Shown piece by piece: positions 56,809 to 64,000 of a stretch of DNA of 64,000 bases. This stretch comes from Candidatus Hydrogenedentota bacterium (GTDB lineage: Bacteria; Hydrogenedentota; Hydrogenedentia; Hydrogenedentales; JAEUWI01). The position numbers were made by a program, and so were the translations under genes. The first letter of the stretch is position 1, and each line of letters starts with the position of its first letter. Where the stretch lies: positions 1 through 64,000 of the forward strand of contig JAXMOL010000032.1 in the NCBI GenBank assembly GCA_034669905.1. Direction: 5' to 3'. Below the pieces are notes generated by a model. That model made no database searches and was not told where the DNA came from. It worked only from the letters and a program-made list of their open reading frames with translations.

Positions 56809-57543
56809 TCAGGGCGTATCGGTATCTTCCGATGATATTTCCACGACCTCGCCGGCCTGTGTACGCTTCAGGGCCTCTAGGAAATGCTTCGCGATGGCCT
56901 CTTCTCCGGCCTCGTTGGGGTGAACGCCATCGGGCTTGAGATGGCGCTCGTCCCCGGCGATCAGCTGGTTCATATCCACCAGGGACACCTTCATTTCCCG
57001 GGCCACGGTTTGGGTGGCGGCGCGGTATCGGGCCAGAATGGCCTCCAGCCCGCCTTCCGGATCATAGAATTCTTTGGGATGCCGGGTGTAGTAGGGTGCC
57101 GCGATAATCGGCAGCAGGGTGCCCAGGATGGGCGTAGCGCCCCGTTTGCGACATTCCGCCACCATCTTCTCCAGATCCGCCTGAAAGCGCTTCAGCGGCG
57201 TCCGGTACTGCCCCGCCCCACGCAACACACTGTCGTTGGTGCCAAACATGATCAACACGATGTCCGGCGATTTTTCCAACACATCCGTTTCCATCCGCAC
57301 CAGACCGGCCCCCGTAGTATTGCCCCCGACACCCGCGTTGATAACCTCAAGTTCGGGTGCCTGGGCGGCGAGTATCTCAGGATACCGGGCCGCTGTGATA
57401 CTGTCCCCGAAACAGACGACCCGCGTGCGGGCCTCCCCGGCACCACCGGAAGCGGCGGGATCGGCCGCACAGGCCCCCGCCGCAATCAGCACTCCGCAGG
57501 ATATCGTTGTCACTACCCGTTGGAGGGCGCTACCAAAAAACAA
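56809..57543 (-). CDS. Exported SGNH/GDSL hydrolase
   Basis: FGDSIT, NAGVGG, FGTND, DGVHP. Confidence 0.92.
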   Translation of the reverse strand: MFFGSALQRVVTTISCGVLIAAGACAADPAASGGAGEARTRVVCFGDSITAARYPEILAAQAPELEVINAGVGGNTTGAGLVRMETDVLEKSPDIVLIMFGTNDSVLRGAGQYRTPLKRFQADLEKMVAECRKRGATPILGTLLPIIAAPYYTRHPKEFYDPEGGLEAILARYRAATQTVAREMKVSLVDMNQLIAGDERHLKPDGVHPNEAGEEAIAKHFLEALKRTQAGEVVEISSEDTDTP

Positions 57544-57709
57544 AATCAGACTCCTTCTCGTTCTGGCTATTTGACTCCCAACATAGGCTCGTATATTCTT
57601 CTTTTCACGATTCCGAATGCAACACCGTCAGTTATAAACCAACCGGGCGGGGCCAATCCGGCTGCGGCTCACCAGGATTTCCGCCCTCCCCCGAATCTGG
57701 AGTACAGTC

Positions 57710-58666
57710 ATGAAGCGCGCCATCTCCCAGACTTTTTTGGTTCTCTTGCTTTGTATGGTGCCCGGTGTGGCCGTGGCGCAGGAGGAAGCCCCCTCCCCCC
57801 CTGCGGAACCGACGGTTACGGAAGCCAACCCGGCTGCCGACACCAGCGAAACGACACCGGAGGCCGCCGCCGAAGCAGCTCCGGAACGCCCCCTCGTCCG
57901 CATTGCCATACTCCCCTTTCAGAGCCGTCCCAAAATTGACACCCGGGTGGCGGCCGCGATGGTACGGGAAATGACAGCGGCGCTGACAGCGACGGGCCGC
58001 TTCAGCCTCCTGGAACGGGATGCCATGGCAGATGTTGCCAGCGCGCTGGATTACACCCGAAAAGGGGTCCTGAAACCGGAATCTGCCGCCGCCTGGGGCG
58101 CACAACATCAGTTGGACCACATCATTGCCGGCGAAGTATTGGCGGCCGGCAAGGGTCTCGGTGGTATGGGTATCGGAGGCGTGCGCATCAGCTCCAAGGC
58201 CATTTCACTGGCCATCGACATCCAGCTTATTGCCTGCCCCTCGGCGGAGACACCGGTTTCTGATACCTTTAAAGAAGAGAAAACAGGACTTGGCCTCGCG
58301 GTGGGCTCGGTAGAGTTTGACCCGGAGAGCCGTCGGGGCAGCGAGATGCTCCAGGTGGTGCTGGGGCACATCCTCCGCGAAGTCCTTTCTGCGATCGAGC
58401 CCCCAACGGTCCTTTCGGTGGCAGGCGATGGTGAAGTGGTCACCCTCGATGCCGGAACCATGGTGTTTGCGCCGGAACAGCGCTGGGAACTGTTTAAGCC
58501 CGCGACAGAATCGGGCGAAGGAAAGAAATCCAAGCCCGACAAGGTCGGTGCATTGCGGATCATCACCGTAGACGAAACCACGGCGACGGCCACTGTGGTC
58601 GATGGCACGGCCACCGTCGGCGACATCGTCCGATTTGATAAAATGGGGAAGAAGAAAAAAGAATAG
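57710..58666 (+). CDS. Exported CsgG/TolB-N-like domain protein
   Basis: Signal peptide, RIAILPF, TGRFSLLER, C-terminal beta domain with VGDIV. Confidence 0.7.
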   Translation: MKRAISQTFLVLLLCMVPGVAVAQEEAPSPPAEPTVTEANPAADTSETTPEAAAEAAPERPLVRIAILPFQSRPKIDTRVAAAMVREMTAALTATGRFSLLERDAMADVASALDYTRKGVLKPESAAAWGAQHQLDHIIAGEVLAAGKGLGGMGIGGVRISSKAISLAIDIQLIACPSAETPVSDTFKEEKTGLGLAVGSVEFDPESRRGSEMLQVVLGHILREVLSAIEPPTVLSVAGDGEVVTLDAGTMVFAPEQRWELFKPATESGEGKKSKPDKVGALRIITVDETTATATVVDGTATVGDIVRFDKMGKKKKE

Positions 58667-58786
58667 CAACCTGGCAACCTGCGGTAGCTCCTGCGACCTT
58701 CGATACCCATCGGCCGCCGCACGTGCTACCGGGGCCCGCCACCCGACCCAGGCCGACACTATCGGCCCCATAAGGATAGTATAGAA

Positions 58787-60034
58787 ATGAGTACTCCTAC
58801 ACGCAGAGATTTCCTGAAGACGGCCACGCTGAGCGCCGCCGCTGTTTCCATGAGTGCGGCCAGCTACGCCCGCGTCAAGGGCGCCAATGATCGTATCGCC
58901 CTCGGGCTCGTGGGCTGTGGGCGGCGGGGCATCGGGGCCCACATGGTCGGCGTACACAATCATGACAAGGATGAAAATGTCGAATTTGTGGCCGTGTGCG
59001 ACCCGTGGAAAGTCTCCCGCGACAAGGCCGCGGCCCGGGTCAAGGACTGGTATGGCCTGGACGCGAAGCACTATGTGTCCCATGAGGACCTGATAGCCGA
59101 TGAGAAGGTGGATGCCGTAATGATTGCGTCGTGCGACCACCAGCACACGACCCATCTGGAAGCGGTGGCGAAGGCGGGCAAAGACACCTACTGTGAAAAG
59201 CCCCTGGCCAATAATTTCGGCAAACTCCAGCGCGCCGTGAAGGCCGTCGAAGAGAGTGGCATTATTTGCCAGATCGGCACCCAGCTCCGGAGCTACCCGA
59301 GCTTCGGTGGTGCGAAGGCCGTCGTCGAATCGGGCGTGCTGGGTGACATCCACCGTATTGAGCAGGTCCGGAATGGTGCTACGCCCTATTGGCTCGACCG
59401 TATCGGTGAAGCCAAGCCGGAGGAAGTCGCGTGGGATGTTTTCCTCATGGACGCACCGAAGATCGATTTTGATCCCGTCAAGTTTACGGCCTGGATGGGC
59501 TACATGGATTATTCCCACGGTCCCGTGCCCCAGCTGGGCGTCCACTTCCTGGACCTCGTGCACTACATCACCGGAGCCAAGCGGCCGAGCAGTGCCACCT
59601 GCCAGGGGGGATTGCTCACCTGGAATGACGAGCACAAGTTCACCGCGCCCGACCAGGTATCGGCCCAGTACCTCTACCCCGAAGGCTTCATGGTCTCCTA
59701 TACGTCCAACTTCGGCAACGCGGATGGGAACACGTTTAAGATCTACGGCACGAAGGGCACGATGGACCTGAGCGATTGGAACAACCCGACCATCAGCGCG
59801 GCGGGTGCGCGAAAGGGTGAAGGCCTGGACGCTGGTGATGGATCCGTCGCCCCGGTGGCCCGTCCGAACCACATGCTGAATTTCCTCCAGTGTCTGCGGA
59901 ACCGGGAAACGCCCCATGCTCCCATCCAGGCGGGCTACGACCACTCGGTAGCCTCCATCATGGCGACGCAGGCCCTGGCCCGCAAACGGACCCAGGTTTA
60001 TGATGAAGCGACGAAGGTGATTAAAGACGCGTAA
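58787..60034 (+). CDS. Tat-exported Gfo/Idh/MocA oxidoreductase
   Basis: TRRDFLK Tat motif, VGCGRRG, YCEKP, GVHFLD. Confidence 0.92.
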   Translation: MSTPTRRDFLKTATLSAAAVSMSAASYARVKGANDRIALGLVGCGRRGIGAHMVGVHNHDKDENVEFVAVCDPWKVSRDKAAARVKDWYGLDAKHYVSHEDLIADEKVDAVMIASCDHQHTTHLEAVAKAGKDTYCEKPLANNFGKLQRAVKAVEESGIICQIGTQLRSYPSFGGAKAVVESGVLGDIHRIEQVRNGATPYWLDRIGEAKPEEVAWDVFLMDAPKIDFDPVKFTAWMGYMDYSHGPVPQLGVHFLDLVHYITGAKRPSSATCQGGLLTWNDEHKFTAPDQVSAQYLYPEGFMVSYTSNFGNADGNTFKIYGTKGTMDLSDWNNPTISAAGARKGEGLDAGDGSVAPVARPNHMLNFLQCLRNRETPHAPIQAGYDHSVASIMATQALARKRTQVYDEATKVIKDA

Positions 60035-60067
60035 GTTCCAGTCACACTTGATTAGCGGAACGATTTG

Positions 60068-60102
60068 AAACGCCATCCCAAGGCATTGGGGTGGCGTTTT
60101 TT
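60068..60102 (+). terminator. Intrinsic terminator
   Basis: AAACGCCATCCCAA-loop-TTGGGGTGGCGTTTTTT. Confidence 0.8.
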
Positions 60103-60550
60103 CGTGGGGTTCATGGGAAGAAACCGGTGAGCTGATCATACCGTGTACATGGTCTTCCGTCGTTCGTGGCACGCACCCGTAAACACCGTGACCGGCGGTC
60201 GCCTCTCGCGGTGTGTAAGGGTGGCACCCCCGACGCCGTGTAAAAGTAGTTAGAGGAGAGCTTGCTGGCGGTGTATCGTGAAAAAAGACGGCGGTGACTA
60301 GAGACGCCTGATCGGCAACACCAGACGGAAGAAAACAACGCCACCCTGGAATATACAGGGTGGTGTTTTATTTGGGGGATAGCTGGCTTGAGGCGGATGG
60401 GCAAGACGCCGTAAGACGCGGTGGATTCCCGCTGGCGCTGTGGACTTGGTGGACAATCGTGGACGGAGTGGATATGTATCAGACAGCGCTCTCTTCCACC
60501 CCGTCGGCCCCACCCGCTGTCAACTATCAACTCTCCACCGTCAACTAAAC

Positions 60551-60590
60551 AAAACGGTGCCCGGGGAGCGCTTGGCTCGCCCGGGCACCG
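60551..60590 (-). terminator. Intrinsic terminator after the OmpA-domain gene
   Basis: CGGTGCCCGGG...CCCGGGCACCG with AAAA on +. Confidence 0.7.
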
Positions 60591-60618
60591 GTGCGTACTA
60601 ACTTATGGTGTCGGTAAC

Positions 60619-61281
60619 TTAGTTAACGACGGTGATTTCGAACACTGCGCGACGGTTCAGTGCGCGGTTAGCGCGGGAATCGTTGGGCACTGCGGGGGAA
60701 GTTTCACCCATGCTCTTGGTCTGAATGCGGCTGGCGTCGATACCGGCAGCTTTCATGTAGCTGGCAACCGAGTCGGCGCGACGCTGACCGAGGCCCATGT
60801 TGTAGGCGTCGGTACCGATGCTGTCGGTGTGACCCACAACAACGACCGTGTCTTTGCCGAACTTCTTCATCTCAGCGACGAGCTTGTCAATCTCAGCCTT
60901 ACCTTCGGGCTTGAGGTTGGTCTTGTCGAAGTCGAAGAGCACGTTGTTCAGCACGACAGCCGTACGCTCAGGTGCGGGGTTCGGTGCCGGAGCGGGAGCG
61001 GGAGCCGGTGCAGGGGCAGGAGCCGGTGCAGGCTTTTCCCAGGCATGGTACACGATTCCGCGGTTACCCCAAAGCTCACCGTCGTTGGCGTTGGAGGCGG
61101 GCTCTTTCGGCCACCACCAGTAACCGGAACGGCCTTTGGTATCCATAGTCGGTTCGGGGGTGGCGCCGGTATTGCCCCACCAGGACATGTCGTCCCACAT
61201 TTTGGCGGCGTCTGCCGTACCACCCATTCCACAAAGGGCGGCAATCAGAGCCAATGCGATAATACGTTTCATAGCGGTCAT
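60619..61281 (-). CDS. OmpA_C-domain peptidoglycan-binding protein
   Basis: Signal peptide, Trp-rich segment, PA-repeat linker, VLFDFDK, GHTD..G...YN..L...RA, NRR. Confidence 0.92.
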   Translation of the reverse strand: MTAMKRIIALALIAALCGMGGTADAAKMWDDMSWWGNTGATPEPTMDTKGRSGYWWWPKEPASNANDGELWGNRGIVYHAWEKPAPAPAPAPAPAPAPAPNPAPERTAVVLNNVLFDFDKTNLKPEGKAEIDKLVAEMKKFGKDTVVVVGHTDSIGTDAYNMGLGQRRADSVASYMKAAGIDASRIQTKSMGETSPAVPNDSRANRALNRRAVFEITVVN

Positions 61282-61564
61282 CTCCTTCTGCGCTGCTACG
61301 TTACACTGTCATTCCGCGTTATTACTTGATGGTCATACAAAGCATACACAGCTTCGTAACCACCATTTAACCACAATACTTAGGTCGTGTCAAGCAATAC
61401 CCGTTCCGAATCCCTTTGCGTGTTTACAAAGAGACCCGTTTCGGAAGAGTGCGTACACTTTTCCTATGTTTTCATTCTAACACGTGGGATCCCCCGGCGC
61501 AACATTACCGGTGGAAATCGGGAGCGGGCACCACAAAATGCCGTGCGCGATGGCGTCCGTCGGT

Positions 61565-61999
61565 TCACACGGCCTCCCGGAGCCTACCCTGAAGGGAGCT
61601 GAGGGCCTGGGTGATCTGAGGATCATCGGTCTTGTCGATTAATTTACGTAGCTTGGGTATGGCCCCCCCCACCTTCTTGCCGCCTCGGACCGTTCCAAAA
61701 AGGTGGCGGCTGACGGTGGATTGGGTCAATTGCAGGATAACCGCAATATCTTCCTGCGTCTTCCCATAGAAATAATAGAGCTTCACGACTTCACGCTGCC
61801 GCTCGGTCAGGCAATTATCGATAAAGCTGTCGACGGAAGGCCGCACTTCCTCGTAGAAGTGCTGCATGGCATAGCGCCGCTCCCGGTCATCTTCGGATTC
61901 GTAGTAGAGTGCTTCGGTGGAAGGAACCCGGTCCAAGGTTGCAAACTCGGTGGGAACTTCCCAGAAATCAGGATTATAGCTGGCCATTGCTCGGTTCAC
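61565..61999 (-). CDS. Sigma70 region-4-only HTH protein
   Basis: LTERQREVVKLYY..GKTQEDIA..L..TQSTVSRHL; no region 2. Confidence 0.8.
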   Translation of the reverse strand: MNRAMASYNPDFWEVPTEFATLDRVPSTEALYYESEDDRERRYAMQHFYEEVRPSVDSFIDNCLTERQREVVKLYYFYGKTQEDIAVILQLTQSTVSRHLFGTVRGGKKVGGAIPKLRKLIDKTDDPQITQALSSLQGRLREAV

Positions 62000-62182
62000 T
62001 TTCCCTGTAGTGTTGTTGTCGGTCGATCTGTCCTGCGTCGTAATTCCGGTCCATAGATAGGGCGTTGGCGGCTACCCACACTCGGGACATAAAGCATCGG
62101 GTCGTTACATTAATCAGGTGTTTCATTTCAGGTATTCCTTTTGGTTTTCGGGTTGTGGTGGGCCCCATGGCACACCGGTAAT

Positions 62183-62215
62183 AAAAAAGCCGCAGACCTT
62201 TGAGAGGCCTGCGGC
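62183..62215 (-). terminator. Intrinsic terminator upstream of the sigma4-only gene
   Basis: On -: GCCGCAGGCCT-CTCAA-AGGTCTGCGGC-TTTTTT. Confidence 0.75.
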
Positions 62216-62551
62216 GTTGTGAGCGTATATGTTGTAGCGGAATCGCTAACCCATACCCAACACCCCAGGCGCGGTGCATACGGATACACCGGTGTGCCAC
62301 ACGCGTGCGAAGGATCGCATCGTGTTACACAGAATGGCGCCGTATTTGGCCGTGAGGTTGGACATGTTCGTAAGATTCCTTGTTGGGTTTGTTGATACCT
62401 GAGGCTACCACAAACGGGCCGGGCAATCAAGCCCGTATAGTGTCGTCGCAACCGGTAGTGGCGATACCTTAAACCGGAATATGCGCACTTTTTGAGGCTG
62501 GGCCCGAAATATCATAATTCCGGGAATCCCCCTTCCCTTGCGCACATTTCA

Positions 62552-62605
62552 GTACAATTTTGTACAAACCCAATCCCTTTTTGGGACCAGCGTACATATT
62601 TGTAC
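62552..62605. promoter_or_regulatory. Two GTACA-N4-TGTAC palindromes (candidate UAS)
   Basis: 62552-62565 and 62592-62605, 40 bp apart, 70-120 bp upstream of a sigma54 box. Confidence 0.65.
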
Positions 62606-62673
62606 ACAAAGTCCCCCTCCATTAAAACCTGTCAACCGCATACATCAAAAGCACTTACAGCCTATGTCCATCG

Positions 62674-62690
62674 ATGGCACAATCTATGCG
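62674..62690 (+). promoter_or_regulatory. Sigma54 promoter
   Basis: ATGGCACAATCTATGCG: GG and GC at canonical -24/-12 spacing. Confidence 0.7.
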
Positions 62691-62909
62691 TAGGTTAGGG
62701 CATCGGACGAAGTAGACCCAGGGCATGGGTCAAAGCGAAACGTTTGGGGGGCACGTCCATCTTAGAGACCATTTGGTGTGAATGAAGTAAAATGGAGAAA
62801 CCCCTTGAGTGTCTTGAATCCATCACCATCGGCGCATTTGACGCCTCGCCAAGTCGACGCCCCTGTCCTTATCCCCATTAACGCCCACGCTATTACCCCC
62901 CGGACCGCC

Positions 62910-64000
62910 ATGAATCAAGCCACGAATACTCAGGACGCCACCAGTGCCTTTAACTTCAATACCCATCCCCGTATCCTGATTGTCGATGACGAAAATGGAC
63001 CACGGCAATCCCTGCGGATGGTGCTGAAGGAAGACTATGACATCCGTCTCGCGACGGGTGTGGACGATGCCCTGTCCCAGTTGGCAGAAGAGACCGTGGA
63101 CCTGATCATTACGGATATCCGGATGCCCCACAAGACGGGCATGGACCTGTTGAAGGCCGTGCGGGAGGGCTTTGGCGATATCGAGATCATTATCCTGACC
63201 GGGTATGGCGAGCTCGACACGGCGATGAAGGCCATCGAATATGGTGCCTTCGCCTATCTTGAGAAGCCCTTTGATCATGACAAGATGATGGAGAAGGTGC
63301 GGGCCTGCATGGAGAAGCGCCGCCGCGAACAGGACCGCAAGGCCCTGGAATCACTCGCGATGGAAGCGAACCGTTTTGAAACACTGGGACGGCTTATCTC
63401 TGGCACCATGCACGATTTGGGCACGCCCCTGTCGGTGCTGGGCACCCATCTTGAGATGCTGATTGCAGACCCGAGCCCCGAGAGCTTCGACAAGCGACTG
63501 GGCACCATGGAATCTCAGGTCCGCCATTGCACCGAGTTGGTTCGCTCGACCATGAACTTCCTGCGGCACAGCCCCAACGAACAGACCCCCTTCGACGTCA
63601 ATGCGGCGGTGCAGGTCTGCCTCGAGGTTGCCCACCCCCTTCTGTTGCGTCAAAACATTGATGTAAAGACGACGCTCAGCCCGGACATCTCCATCTGCGT
63701 GGGTGATTTTGTGCTGGTGCGACAGGCCCTGTTGAACCTTATTTATAACGCGTGTCAGGCCATGGAAGCACAGCAGAAGCCCCGAACGCTCTACATTGAG
63801 ACCACGATGGAGGCCGGCAACCTGGTCCTCACGGTGGAAGATACGGGCCCGGGCATTCCGGAAGCAGACCGTAACCGCGTCTTCCACACCCTCTACAGCA
63901 CCAAAGGCAACAAGGGTACGGGATTGGGCCTCAGTGTGGTGAAGAACGTCATGCAGCAACACGGTGGCGAAGTGACCCTGGAAGACAACGAAGGCCCCGG
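62910..64000 (+). CDS. REC-histidine kinase hybrid (3' end outside window; not in the ORF track)
   Basis: My translation: RILIVDDE, ITDIRMP, EKPF, GTMHDLGTPL, NLIYNACQAM, EDTGPGI, GTGLGL; alternative in-frame TTG at 62805 with GGAG SD. Confidence 0.9.
   Translation, partial: MNQATNTQDATSAFNFNTHPRILIVDDENGPRQSLRMVLKEDYDIRLATGVDDALSQLAEETVDLIITDIRMPHKTGMDLLKAVREGFGDIEIIILTGYGELDTAMKAIEYGAFAYLEKPFDHDKMMEKVRACMEKRRREQDRKALESLAMEANRFETLGRLISGTMHDLGTPLSVLGTHLEMLIADPSPESFDKRLGTMESQVRHCTELVRSTMNFLRHSPNEQTPFDVNAAVQVCLEVAHPLLLRQNIDVKTTLSPDISICVGDFVLVRQALLNLIYNACQAMEAQQKPRTLYIETTMEAGNLVLTVEDTGPGIPEADRNRVFHTLYSTKGNKGTGLGLSVVKNVMQQHGGEVTLEDNEGP

Noticed and set aside
58205..60172. 655-aa minus-strand ORF
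   Set aside because: Antisense shadow of the Gfo/Idh/MocA and CsgG-like genes; no motifs.
60441..60548. Short GTGGAC and TCAACT tandem repeats as CRISPR or iterons
   Set aside because: Units are 6-10 bp, degenerate and without spacers; no cas genes or CRISPR array anywhere in the window.
60973..61035. Tandem DNA repeat
   Set aside because: Encodes the Pro-Ala linker of the OmpA-domain protein with synonymous variation.
62222..62237. Third NrdR site (AGCGTATATGTTGTAG)
   Set aside because: Mismatch at a core position and no partner box 31-32 bp away.
62168..62299. Sigma54 promoters at the two TGGCAC motifs
   Set aside because: Neither has GC at the -12 position; better explained as an inverted repeat.
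62395..62480. c-di-GMP-I riboswitch
   Set aside because: Only a GGTAG...TACC resemblance; the GAAA tetraloop/receptor and GCAAA core were not found.

Overview
GC-rich bacterial chromosomal window. The carboxypeptidase-regulatory-repeat, HEAT and OmpA-type proteins suggest a Hydrogenedentota/PVC-like organism, but this is inference only. Five blocks: (1) 0.3-9.6 kb, an AraC-linked uptake/catabolic locus (MFS, Na+/solute symporter, DUF6786-like protein, CE4 deacetylase, two M24-fold hydrolases lacking the usual metal ligands). (2) 9.8-29 kb, a porin/periplasmic-binding-protein/histidine-kinase/sigma54-activator module directly upstream of a 14-gene operon with a sigma54-like promoter. The operon couples futalosine-pathway mqnE-A-C-D to an EhpF-like adenylating enzyme, a pseudo-receiver/thioester-reductase fusion, SCP2, an MMPL exporter and secreted proteins, with no prenyltransferase. 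It is a candidate undescribed pathway for an exported naphthoquinone-type metabolite or signal. (3) 29.1-35.85 kb, a 6.7-kb element integrated in tRNA-Arg(CCG) (56-bp att repeats, tyrosine integrase, excisionase, Rep_trans initiator with a dso-like hairpin), carrying an AT-rich three-gene cassette that looks like a toxin-based defence system. (4) 36-55.5 kb, signalling genes, two of which are preceded by tandem NrdR-like boxes; one heads an operon of a Cys-less radical-SAM protein, an atypical KAS, a kinase, a His-to-Gln pseudokinase and a sigma54 activator. (5) 55.8-64 kb, housekeeping/envelope genes, a sigma-region-4-only protein with a structured leader, and a REC-kinase with a sigma54 promoter that runs off the window end.
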